64,000 nt of DNA from Nibricoccus sp. (GCA_047602425.1 JASGHG010000001.1:2336001-2400000), one strand, 5' to 3'. Shown: positions 43,954 to 52,912, counted from the stretch's first letter. Notes: generated by a model from the letters alone, not told the origin. A program made the numbers and translations.

Positions 43954-45117
43954 TTACCAATAAGGCTGCCAATCGCGTGTGATACGGACAAGCGCTTCGA
44001 AATAGAAATAATCGCCCCAGATGCAGCATTCGTCGACGCCGAGGCCATTGGACTTGGCGTAGACGGAATGCAGCAGCACGGCGTTGGACGCGGGCGAGTT
44101 TTTGCTGGTGTAGCTTTGCGAAAGAGACGCGATCATCGCGTGGGCGGCGTTTTCATAGCGGACCCGATCACGGTCATTTGGCGGTAGGTGTTTGATCAGT
44201 TCGAGCAGGCCACAGGCGATGATGGCTGCGGCCGAGGCGTCGCGCTCCTCGTTGCCAGAGGTGAAAACCAAGTCCCAGTAGCTGACGGCGTCCTCGGGCA
44301 AGCGCTCGAGAAAATAGTCGGCAAGGCGTTTGGCGTAGTCGACGAACGTAGTGTCTTGAGTGTAGAGATAGCTCAGCGAAAAACCGTAGACGCCCCAGGC
44401 TTGGCCGCGCGCCCAGCATGACGAGTCCGAGAACCCCTGACTGGTTTTACCGAATTTCGGTGAACCCGTCTCGGTGTCCATATAAAATGTATGGTAAGTC
44501 GAACTATCTGGCCGAACCAAATAGCGGGCGGACTGGAGGGCATGATTGCTGGCGGCAGTTTTGTATTTTCCGGCTCCGGTCATCTCGCTGGCCCAGTACA
44601 GCAGTGGCAGATTCATGCAACAGTCGATGATCATGCGGCCGCGTTCCTTGGGGTCGTTGAGGTTGCCCCAGGCCTGAATGATGCCAGCTTTCTCGAAATA
44701 TCGCGTCATCAGTAGATCGGCGGCGGCGAGCGCGGTTGTTTTGGCCTGTTCGCTCCGCGTCAGTTTGTATCCAGCCATGCACGACAAAATATAGAGGAAG
44801 CCGAGATCGTGCGTGTCGGTCTCGACGCGTTTTTCCAGGCGCTCGCGGAAGCTGGCGAGGTGGCGCTCAGCGACACGAAGATACTTTTCCTCCCGGGTTA
44901 CCTCGTACGCCAGCCAGACCATGCCCGTCCAGAAACTGGTGGTCCAGTAGTTGTTCGGTATTGGTGCGTAGACGTTGTCTTTGCCGACAGGCGAGGGAAA
45001 CTGGTCCGTGAAAAGCGGCAGATTCGCGTCGATTTTCGCGAGGACAAATCGGATGTTTTCTTCGGCGGTGGCGCGATCGATCAGGCGGCGCGCTTCGAAA
45101 CGGCTGGCGGAAGACAT
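43954..45117 (-). CDS. Unsaturated glucuronyl hydrolase, GH88
   Basis: WTTSFWTG, HDLGF, IIDCCMNL, SCWARGQAW, DASA, WGDYFYFEAL. Confidence 0.92.
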   Translation of the reverse strand: MSSASRFEARRLIDRATAEENIRFVLAKIDANLPLFTDQFPSPVGKDNVYAPIPNNYWTTSFWTGMVWLAYEVTREEKYLRVAERHLASFRERLEKRVETDTHDLGFLYILSCMAGYKLTRSEQAKTTALAAADLLMTRYFEKAGIIQAWGNLNDPKERGRMIIDCCMNLPLLYWASEMTGAGKYKTAASNHALQSARYLVRPDSSTYHTFYMDTETGSPKFGKTSQGFSDSSCWARGQAWGVYGFSLSYLYTQDTTFVDYAKRLADYFLERLPEDAVSYWDLVFTSGNEERDASAAAIIACGLLELIKHLPPNDRDRVRYENAAHAMIASLSQSYTSKNSPASNAVLLHSVYAKSNGLGVDECCIWGDYFYFEALVRITRDWQPYW

Positions 45118-45183
45118 GATTGAAAAGTTTTCTGAAAAATGAAGGAAGGTTCCCGCTGGATGATCACTGGTTCAGTAAGACAG

Positions 45184-46608
45184 TTAGGCAACAGCACCTG
45201 CCGGCACCTGGCTTTGCGCGCGCCGTCGCTGGAGCTCAGCCTTGATTTCGTAGGACTCGCGCTCGCCGAGGTCGTATTGGCGGATAAAATACAAGGCGAG
45301 AATCGCCCCAGTCGTGGGCGCGAGGAAGTAACTGAACTTCATCAGTGCCAGCGTGTGGCTGGTTTGCGCGCCGAGTTTTGCGTCGAAACCGATCCACACG
45401 AGGACGAAACCGGCGAGGAGAGAGCCGAGCGAGTTGCCGGCTTTTTCGAACCACGACAGCAGCGACGCAAAAAGCGCTTCGCGCCGCAGGCCGGTCCTGA
45501 GTTCATCCTGATCCGCGATGTCGCCGAGCATGGCGTTGGGCATCAGCGATAGGCCGGCGCTGGCGGCGCCATTGGCCGAAAGCACGATGAACTGCCACCA
45601 CGGGTGGCCCGGATGATAGACGAGGAGTTTCGCCGCGCAGCCGCACATCAGGATGCCTGCGGCGATTTGGAACGTACGTTTCTTGCCGACGCGGCGCGCG
45701 ATCACCGGATAAATGAACAACGACATGACAAGTGCCGCCACGTGGAAAGCCGAGCCGAGAAAACCGTACGCGATCGACGAGGCTTTCAGATCGCCGCCGA
45801 ACACGTAGTAAGTGTTCATGTAGATGCCGAGCATACCCACGACGTTGTAGCCAAAGCTCGCGAGGAAACGCGCCGACAGCATCGCGAGGAACGAGCGGTT
45901 GCCCCGCACGGCTTTCAGGTTTTTTAGCAACGAAGTGGACTCCTGTTTACCTGCGATGCGTTGATAGTGCCGTTCCCGGCAGAGCAGAACGGGCATCAGG
46001 CCAAACGCCAGGAAAAGCAGTGCGCAACCGATCGAAATCCAGCGCAGTCCCTGTATCCCATCGCTGAATACAGACAGCTGCGTCAACGGGAACAGCCACT
46101 GGCTTGTGATTTGAAAAGCGAAGCCGAAAGCCAGCGTGATTGAGGCGAGGCGCGTGCGTTCATGGTAGTCGTCGGTGGCCTCGACGGTGAGCCCGCCGAG
46201 CGGCATGGAGAACAGCGAGTGTGCAGTATAGAAAACCAGCGAAACCAGCAGCAGATGCCAGAAGAGCCACGTCTGGCTGGCGCCGCGCGGAAACCACCAA
46301 ATAGCAGCAAACAAAACCGCCAGCGGCAGGCAGGCGGTTAGCAGGAGGGGAATGCGCCGGCCCCAGCGCGAGCGGAAGTTGTCGGAGAAATTTCCCCATA
46401 CCGGATCGAGCATGGCATCCCAGATGCGCTGGATGAACACGACCGTGCTGATGAGCGCGGGGTTGAGCCCGAGCGTCATGTTGTAGATCGGGTTCACCAG
46501 TACGTGCAACGTGCCATGCGTGCCGTCGGCCACGACTTTGCCCAGACCGAGGCCAATGCGTTCGCGCCAGGAAACGCGATCGACGGTATTGATTGGTTCG
46601 GGATTCAT
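45184..46608 (-). CDS. MFS glycoside-pentoside-hexuronide transporter
   Basis: RIWDAMLDP, RSRWGRRIP, DYHERT, DELRTGLRREA; about 12 TM helices. Confidence 0.9.
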   Translation of the reverse strand: MNPEPINTVDRVSWRERIGLGLGKVVADGTHGTLHVLVNPIYNMTLGLNPALISTVVFIQRIWDAMLDPVWGNFSDNFRSRWGRRIPLLLTACLPLAVLFAAIWWFPRGASQTWLFWHLLLVSLVFYTAHSLFSMPLGGLTVEATDDYHERTRLASITLAFGFAFQITSQWLFPLTQLSVFSDGIQGLRWISIGCALLFLAFGLMPVLLCRERHYQRIAGKQESTSLLKNLKAVRGNRSFLAMLSARFLASFGYNVVGMLGIYMNTYYVFGGDLKASSIAYGFLGSAFHVAALVMSLFIYPVIARRVGKKRTFQIAAGILMCGCAAKLLVYHPGHPWWQFIVLSANGAASAGLSLMPNAMLGDIADQDELRTGLRREALFASLLSWFEKAGNSLGSLLAGFVLVWIGFDAKLGAQTSHTLALMKFSYFLAPTTGAILALYFIRQYDLGERESYEIKAELQRRRAQSQVPAGAVA

Positions 46609-46691
46609 GGGAGACGGTGATTCCGGCTGCACAGGGCGGGCGCATCACGACCCGCCCCGTGCTGACCAGACCACACACACAGATTTTCAGC

Positions 46692-49007
46692 TCAGAAACT
46701 ATAGGTGACTTTTAGCCGCAGGTTGATTGGCGCGCCCACCCAGAGATTGGTACGGCCAGTCGACGATTGGATATATTCTTTATTGAGCAGGTTATCGATA
46801 TTCAGCTGGGCCTTCCAGTTCTGGTTATATTGGTAGGAGACATTCGCATTCACGAGCGTACGTGCGGGCAGCCAGAATGACGGCTGCTGGCGAATGATGT
46901 GGTCCGGTGTACTGGCGGAGGTCGCGCCACCCGTGTTGTCGCCGGCGCGTTTGCTCAAATAGTCCAGACCAAGGCCGGCGGAAAGGCCCTGAAGGGTCGA
47001 ACCTTTAGCAAAGGAATAATTTATCCAGAGGGCGCCTGCTTTTTCCGCGGTGCCGCGGAAGGGCATGTTGTTGGCGTCGCGATTCGTCATCGAGGTGCCG
47101 CTGCCGACGATGGAAAATTCCTTCGTGACAGCATATCTGACTTCCAACTCGGCGCCGCGCGCCACGCGGTCGAAGAACAGCGGCGGAGCCGGTGGCACGG
47201 GCGAGGGCACGGCGCTGTTTAGAGGATTCGGAATTGAGAAATTATTCTGGTGAATATCGAAGACACTCAATGTCGCGTAGAGCGTATTGTTGAATTGTTG
47301 CGTACGAACGCCGACTTCGTGTTGCACGCTGGATTGAAGGTTGAAGGAATTGCTATTGCTGACCACTCCCGTCGAGCTCGTATAGACGAGGTTGGGGTTG
47401 ATGGCTGTGGCCTGTTTGGCGAAGCCGTAATAGAGGGAGACGTTTTTGTTGAGCTTCACCACTGCGCCGGCGGACGGGAGCCAGACTTTCGGCTTCACAT
47501 TGAGGCGAGCTCCATACGGCATGGAAGTGGGTGTGGCCGGAGGCAGTAGATTCAGATTTTCGGAATAGTAATAATTGCGGGAGATGCCGCCGCTTACGAT
47601 CAAACGATCGTCGAAGAACCCGAATTGCTGCGACAGGTAGAACTGTAGGTTGCGATAGTGCCGCGTGTTTTCTCCGGTGTAATTAGTTAGGGTATATGGC
47701 TCACGAACGGCTAACGGCAGCGTTGTCGGTGTGGTGGCGAAGGTGTAATTTTGAACTTTCTCGTTGAGGGTGGCGGCATAGTTGATTGCGAGGCCGCCGA
47801 TGACGGTCCATTTGACCGGAGTATTTTTCAATTCGTATAGGTAGTCGTTGTTTAGGTCGAAATACTGGCGATGCTGGTCATTGACATTGCCTCCCAAGGT
47901 AAAGGTCGGATTCGGCCTGGCTACACCGTTCCAAACAAACAAACCAGTCGAAGGATCCAAGATGGTCACTTGCTGAGTCCCGGTGGTCGTATTGGATCCC
48001 ACGGAGCCGATGTTGGTCTGCTTGGACTCGGCGTGCGAATTGATCGCATTCAATACGAGCCGCATCGAGAAATTGTCGCTGAAACTCGTCGTGAAGAATG
48101 TGCGTGCGTGTATAGCCGACTGGTCGCGTGTGATATCTTTAGATTGAACAATGTAGTCGAGAGGCACGCTTGGGACGACGCGGGGGGCGTCATTGGTGCC
48201 AACTTCGAGCGCGAGGGGAAGACCGTTGAAATTGAGCGCCGTCCACTTGTAAGCCTCGATCTGCATGGTGAGCTCAGTCCTCGGACCGAATCGGTACGTG
48301 AACATCGGCATCGCAATATAGGATTTGTGAAAATTATAGTCGCCGTAGTCATCGGCGTTCTGCGCTGCGGCTACGACGCGAACAGCGAGTTTGCCGGCGA
48401 TGGCAACACGGTTAACGTCGAGCTCCGCACGATTGGCTGAGTAACGGCCGACTTGATAGGAGATCGATCCTTGATCCTTAAACACCGGCTTCTTCGTGAT
48501 GTTGTTCACGGTGCCGCCAGGAACGCCTTGAGGCGCGATAATGGCATTTGGCCCTTTCACGACTTCGACGCGTTCAATCAACACCGGATCGAGATTGGCG
48601 AAAGAAAAATAGCTGAAACCATCCACCGTGGCGCCGTCGTTTTGGAAACCGCGGATGGTGGTGCGATCTTGGGCATTTGGAATTGTCGATTCAGTGATGC
48701 CTGAAACGTATTTGGCGGCATCAACCACACGACCCGCACCAATATCAGCGATAAGGTCGCCCGTGATAACGGATATACTTTGGCTCGAGTCCATCAGCGG
48801 AATACGCATACGCGTTCCAGAGACTGCGTCGGCCGCTTGATAGCGACCCGTGGCAAAATCTGAAACGGTGAACGGAGAGAGTAGAATCACATCATCACCG
48901 GCGGGGGCAGCCGGTTTGGTTTGGGTCGTGGTTTGAGCGAACAACGCTGCGGGACAAAATGCGCCGAGCGCGAGGAACAGGTACGGCAATGCTTTGGTTG
49001 GGGACAT
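46692..49007 (-). CDS. TonB-dependent receptor
   Basis: Signal peptide, VILLSPFTV, IERVEVVKGPNA plug motif, NIDNLLNKEY, C-terminal YSF. Confidence 0.93.
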   Translation of the reverse strand: MSPTKALPYLFLALGAFCPAALFAQTTTQTKPAAPAGDDVILLSPFTVSDFATGRYQAADAVSGTRMRIPLMDSSQSISVITGDLIADIGAGRVVDAAKYVSGITESTIPNAQDRTTIRGFQNDGATVDGFSYFSFANLDPVLIERVEVVKGPNAIIAPQGVPGGTVNNITKKPVFKDQGSISYQVGRYSANRAELDVNRVAIAGKLAVRVVAAAQNADDYGDYNFHKSYIAMPMFTYRFGPRTELTMQIEAYKWTALNFNGLPLALEVGTNDAPRVVPSVPLDYIVQSKDITRDQSAIHARTFFTTSFSDNFSMRLVLNAINSHAESKQTNIGSVGSNTTTGTQQVTILDPSTGLFVWNGVARPNPTFTLGGNVNDQHRQYFDLNNDYLYELKNTPVKWTVIGGLAINYAATLNEKVQNYTFATTPTTLPLAVREPYTLTNYTGENTRHYRNLQFYLSQQFGFFDDRLIVSGGISRNYYYSENLNLLPPATPTSMPYGARLNVKPKVWLPSAGAVVKLNKNVSLYYGFAKQATAINPNLVYTSSTGVVSNSNSFNLQSSVQHEVGVRTQQFNNTLYATLSVFDIHQNNFSIPNPLNSAVPSPVPPAPPLFFDRVARGAELEVRYAVTKEFSIVGSGTSMTNRDANNMPFRGTAEKAGALWINYSFAKGSTLQGLSAGLGLDYLSKRAGDNTGGATSASTPDHIIRQQPSFWLPARTLVNANVSYQYNQNWKAQLNIDNLLNKEYIQSSTGRTNLWVGAPINLRLKVTYSF

Positions 49008-49176
49008 GGTGAGTGCGTGCAAGTATTGTGAGGTGTAGGGGAAACACTCGGGAGGGGGAAATTTCCGAGCGGCGGGGAGTGGAACGTTTGCGCGGTCCTA
49101 AGTGGCAGGATTAAACGGGGGTCTCGAGATGGCGGGAACGTCGCGACAGTTTTTCGTAAACACAAACGCGCTGTAG

Positions 49177-49189
49177 CTGTAACGTACAG
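49177..49189. promoter_or_regulatory. Candidate LacI-family operator CTGTAACGTACAG
   Basis: Short palindrome with central ACG between the divergent TBDR and LacI genes. Confidence 0.35.
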
Positions 49190-49224
49190 TTGCAAATCAT
49201 ATCCGAATAGCCAAACGTCCTAAC

Positions 49225-50238
49225 GTGAGCACCCCCTCCAGCTCTTCAGGTAAAGGCCGAGTCACGCTGCGCACCATCGCGGCTGCGAGCAAGGTGAGCG
49301 TGATGACTGTTTCCTACGCATTGCGAAATAATCCCGAGGTCTCCGCCGAGGAGCGTTCTCGCATTCAGCGCATCGCGGACGAACTCGGCTATCGACCCGA
49401 TCCATTGCTTACGCATTTGATGGAGCATTTGCGTTCGCAGCGCACGTTGAAGTTTGCGGGCAACCTCGCCGTGCTCACCAGCCTCAATGCACCTTTCGTC
49501 ACCCGGCTCCTCACTGGCGCACATGCGCGCGCCGAGCGGCTAGGGTATCATCTGGACGAGATTAATGTCCGGGAACATGCCCAGTCGGAACGAGTGCTGA
49601 CGCGAACGCTGATTGCCCGCGGCATTTCAGGAGTACTGCTCGCACCGACAGAAAAACCGACCACGTATTTAAAACTACTCGATTGGAACAAATTTGCCGC
49701 GGTTGCGATGACTTACTCGATTGTGGAGCCGCACGTACATCGCGTGGTCACGCATCACTTCGACAATGCGGTTCGCACTTTCACTCTGCTCGAACAACGC
49801 GGCTTCAAACGTATCGGACTCGCGATGACCCGTGACATGGAATTCAGGACCAATCATTCCTACACCGGCGCGTATCACCGGATGATCGGCACCAGTTCCT
49901 GTGCCAACCTACCCATCCTTTATCTGAACGAAACAACGCAGTACGGCATGCGGCAGTGGTTTCAAAAGAACCGTCCTCAAGCCGTGGTGGTGGCGAATGC
50001 ATTTCAGATGAAAAGCATTTTGCTGCCGGCAATCGGCGTGAAACAGGCGGCGCGCACCAGTTTTTTATGTCTCGATTATGAGGAGGCTGCGGGCGTTTCG
50101 GGAATCGACCAACTCTTTGAGATCATTGGCAGCTCCGCAGTCGACGCGTTGGTGGCCCAGATTCACCGCAACGAAAAAGGCCTGCCGAAAAATCCCACTA
50201 TCGCGATGGTGGAAGGGCAGTGGGTGGATGTGGATTGA
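49225..50238 (+). CDS. LacI-family transcriptional regulator
   Basis: VTLRTIAAASKVSVMTVSYALRN HTH, LGYRPDP. Confidence 0.92.
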   Translation: MSTPSSSSGKGRVTLRTIAAASKVSVMTVSYALRNNPEVSAEERSRIQRIADELGYRPDPLLTHLMEHLRSQRTLKFAGNLAVLTSLNAPFVTRLLTGAHARAERLGYHLDEINVREHAQSERVLTRTLIARGISGVLLAPTEKPTTYLKLLDWNKFAAVAMTYSIVEPHVHRVVTHHFDNAVRTFTLLEQRGFKRIGLAMTRDMEFRTNHSYTGAYHRMIGTSSCANLPILYLNETTQYGMRQWFQKNRPQAVVVANAFQMKSILLPAIGVKQAARTSFLCLDYEEAAGVSGIDQLFEIIGSSAVDALVAQIHRNEKGLPKNPTIAMVEGQWVDVD

Positions 50239-50242
50239 TGGA

Positions 50243-50551
50243 TGGTGGGCCCACTGGGATTCGAACCCAGAACCAAAGGATTATGCTTACCACTTCGACT
50301 TTTGCCGCCGGATTTTTATTCGGAAATCCGTGCGTGGTCTGGACCATGCCTTCGCCGTGACATTGCTGTTTTAGGCGGGTGATTATGGTCTCTACACCTT
50401 CACGTATTCGAGAAACGACTACGTGCTTGGCTCGGCGTTGGGTCGTCCTTGCGGACAGGCCGTTCACCGAATTTACACCTGACAACCGGCGCGTTTCCAC
50501 GCCGGCGACCCGAATCTGAGTCCTCTGCTCTAACCGTTGAGCTATAGGCCC
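50243..50551 (-). tRNA. tRNA-Ile2(CAT) interrupted by a group I intron
   Basis: Exon 1 50551-50519 (GGGCCTATAGCTCAACGGTTAGAGCAGAGGACT) plus exon 2 50285-50243 (CATAATCCTTTGGTTCTGGGTTCGAATCCCAGTGGGCCCACCA) give a canonical 76-nt Ile2-like tRNA. Confidence 0.9.
50286..50518 (-). ncRNA. Group I self-splicing intron, 233 nt, no ORF (IC3-like)
   Basis: 5' exon ends in U with P1 GACUC/GGGUC (U-G wobble); P AAAUUCGGUGAA, Q AACGCCGAGCCAAG, R GUGUAGAGACCA, S AAGGCAUGGUCC; terminal omega-G. Confidence 0.9.
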
Positions 50552-50702
50552 ACAAAAATCCAAAGAACGAACAGATCGTGGAGAGCGATTTGTTTCACCT
50601 CAACAGCAATTCCCAAAAATTATATGGAAGTGGAAATCCTTCGTGAAATCAGCTCGGCGATAGCCAGGGGACATTTTTCACAAAAAACTTCTCCAGTAGT
50701 CG

Positions 50703-51614
50703 TCACTTTAGCTGTAGAACTCTGCGTAGTTCTGCGACCAGATGAGCGGCACCAGGACGAATCGCGACAAGGCGCGGATTCCAAACGAGCACGATGGGAC
50801 GTTTCAACTGCTCGAGGATCTTGGACTCGATCACGACGTAGTCCACGGGCGCGAGGTCGGTCAATGCTAGCTTTGGCAAGATGGCGGCAAAGTGGCCCGA
50901 GCGAACTGCACTCAGTGCGTGAGGGAACGATTGGCAAGCGATGGTGGGAGCGAAAGCCGCGCCGCATTCCTCAGTTAGTGCACGAAGTTTTTGTGCGAAT
51001 TGGCCGTCGGTTGTTTGGGCGACGAGCGGGACTTTGGCTAGAACCTCTTCCAGCGTGAGCTGTTGAACTCGTGATACGAGTTTGCGGGGAACGACAGCCA
51101 CAAATGGAACATCTCCCAATGGTGCCGACTTGAGGCCTTCGCCAACCGCGTCGCGGCGGATCAGGCCGAAGTCGATGCGGCCATCGTTCAGTTGCTGGAC
51201 GATTTCGTTCGTGCGGTGATTGTAGGTAGAGAATCGCATCGGCGTTTTTCCGTGTGAAACTTGGCCGAGCCGTGGGAGCACTAACCATTGAAGCAGGTTG
51301 TCGCCGGCTGCTATACTGTACTCGACGCAGCCCGCATGGCATTCCGAGCGGAAATCCTGTAGCGATCGTAGTTGGTTGCGGGCGAGTTCTGCCAGGCGTG
51401 CGCCTTGAACGGTGAGTTTGAGGATTTTTCCCTGCCGCTTAGTGACTTCGACGCCAAAGAATTCAGAGAGCTCGCGCAATTGACGGCTATATTGGCTCTG
51501 GCGAATGGGATCGCCAGGAGCTGCTTGGGCAATGCTGCCTGCGTCCTGAACTTCAACCAAGACCTTGAGTCGGTCGAGGGATAGACCGCGTTCTGCGAAG
51601 AGAGTGTCAAACAT
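50703..51614 (-). CDS. LysR-family transcriptional regulator
   Basis: LDRLKVLVEVQDAGSIAQAA...QSQYSRQLRELSEFFG HTH, LT.QG, DGRIDFGL. Confidence 0.88.
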   Translation of the reverse strand: MFDTLFAERGLSLDRLKVLVEVQDAGSIAQAAPGDPIRQSQYSRQLRELSEFFGVEVTKRQGKILKLTVQGARLAELARNQLRSLQDFRSECHAGCVEYSIAAGDNLLQWLVLPRLGQVSHGKTPMRFSTYNHRTNEIVQQLNDGRIDFGLIRRDAVGEGLKSAPLGDVPFVAVVPRKLVSRVQQLTLEEVLAKVPLVAQTTDGQFAQKLRALTEECGAAFAPTIACQSFPHALSAVRSGHFAAILPKLALTDLAPVDYVVIESKILEQLKRPIVLVWNPRLVAIRPGAAHLVAELRRVLQLK

Positions 51615-51647
51615 GACTACTAAGTCAGGTATCCTGAGTAATCATGT
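51611..51647. promoter_or_regulatory. Palindrome over the LysR start codon (candidate operator)
   Basis: ACATGACTACT ... AGTAATCATGT (10/11 match) with inner TCAGG-TAT-CCTGA. Confidence 0.45.
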
Positions 51648-51797
51648 ATGGCAAGACTTCTCACGATCGGGTAAAGTCTGCCCCGTCAACTGAGCCGGGA
51701 TTTAAAAATCACGAGAAATATTTTAAACACCTCTTGATTTTTGAAACCCCGGATCCGTTGTAACTCTTCGAACACTCATTCGTCTCAACCTTCTGCC

Positions 51798-51953
51798 ATG
51801 AATTCCACACGACAAATAAAATCAACGACCCTCCGGTTAGCGGAGAGGCATTGGTCGTGCGGCAAACAGACTGCCAAGATGACCATGCGTCGAGGTTTGG
51901 AAAGTTTCCGACCCGACTATGCGAATATTAACCAAGGAAGTGGTGTAACCTGA
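51798..51953 (+). CDS. Putative 51-aa leader peptide (uORF) of the tRNA array
   Basis: ATG...TGA ending 25 nt before a terminator; its last codons contain the antiterminator strand GGAAGTGG. Confidence 0.55.
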   Translation: MNSTRQIKSTTLRLAERHWSCGKQTAKMTMRRGLESFRPDYANINQGSGVT

Positions 51954-51978
51954 GCAACGACTTTACGTAGACTCAAGG

Positions 51979-52007
51979 AACCCACTTCCCTCAGAAGTGG
52001 GTTTTTT
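51979..52007 (+). terminator. Intrinsic terminator (attenuator) upstream of the tRNA array
   Basis: AACCCACTTC-CCTCA-GAAGTGGGTT followed by TTTT. Confidence 0.8.
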
Positions 52008-52336
52008 CATGCCTGAAAAGCCGCTTCTGGGATCCGAGCAAGACTCGTTTTTCCAAGTTTCAAGCGGCTTCACTGCTGAGCCCAGGTCAATCAGCCAACG
52101 TCCGCACAAAATCCCGCGGCCGTCCAAACCACTCGCAAAGTGATAGGGCCGGAGGTGTGTGTTCTTTTTTGCGAATGCAGGAGCCGAAACAAGCTCCTGC
52201 ACTAATATATCAAGATGCGGTGCGCTTAGATGGCGTTAAACGGCGATGCCGGCCGCATTTTCAATTTTCCCGCGCACGAGCTAAAGACCGACAGTGTTGT
52301 TATATTTGTTGTGAGGTCACAGCTCCGGCGCGAAAA

Positions 52337-52413
52337 CGCCTTGTCGTCTAACAGCATAGGATCCCGGAATTTCAAACCGAGGGATGGGGGTGCGAATCCC
52401 GTCGAGGCGACCA
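52337..52413 (+). tRNA. tRNA-Glu(TTC), weak anticodon stem
   Basis: CGCCTTG/CGAGGCG acceptor, loop ATTTCAA, T-loop TGCGAAT, CCA. Confidence 0.65.
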
Positions 52414-52521
52414 TTTTGTTCGAACAAGCGCCGGTTCTTAGTCCGAGACCGGAGTGCGCAGTCCCCATCGGATTTCCCGCGAGCCAGTCGGCGGCCAATG
52501 CCGGCAGGGGAATATTTCCAT

Positions 52522-52595
52522 GCGTGTGTGGCGTAACAGCAACGTGCCGGTCTGCCAGTCCGGAGTTCCGAGTGCGATCCTCGGCATGCGCACCA
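52522..52595 (+). tRNA. tRNA-Gly(GCC), A73
   Basis: GCGTGTG/CATGCGC acceptor, loop CTGCCAG, CCA. Confidence 0.8.
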
Positions 52596-52602
52596 TTTTC
52601 AT

Positions 52603-52693
52603 GCGCCGGTCCCCATAGCAGCGATTGGTCCAGACTTTTAATCTGGAGAGCCGCAACGCTCCAACGGGGGTGCAAGTCCCTCTCGGCGCACCA
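52603..52693 (+). tRNA. tRNA-Lys(TTT) with a long variable arm
   Basis: CCAGA-CTTTTAA-TCTGG; variable hairpin GAGC-CGCAAC-GCTC; CCA. Confidence 0.75.
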
Positions 52694-52713
52694 ATTTAAT
52701 AGATACAATTTAC

Positions 52714-52791
52714 GCACGTCGAGGGAGCCAGTGAACCCGGCTGCCTGCAAAGCAGTGTTTCAGCACGGTGCGACACCGTGGACGTGCTCCA
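52714..52791 (+). tRNA. tRNA-Cys(GCA)
   Basis: GCACGTC/GACGTGC acceptor, loop CTGCAAA, U73, CCA. Confidence 0.8.
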
Positions 52792-52799
52792 TTTCATTT

Positions 52800-52874
52800 G
52801 GGGATATGGCCGAGTTAGTAAGGCATCCGCCCTGCAAGCGGACCATGAGGGTGCGAATCCCTCTGTCTCCACCA
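52800..52874 (+). tRNA. tRNA-Ala(TGC)
   Basis: G3-U70 pair, TCCGC-CCTGCAA-GCGGA, CCA. Confidence 0.85.
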
Positions 52875-52912
52875 ATCTTTCCCCCGGTTTTGCGCGAGTG
52901 GGCCGGGTTCAA

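Noticed and set aside
50286..50518. Homing endonuclease inside the group I intron
   Set aside because: The intron is only 233 nt, too short for such an ORF; nothing links the HNH gene at 56692 to it
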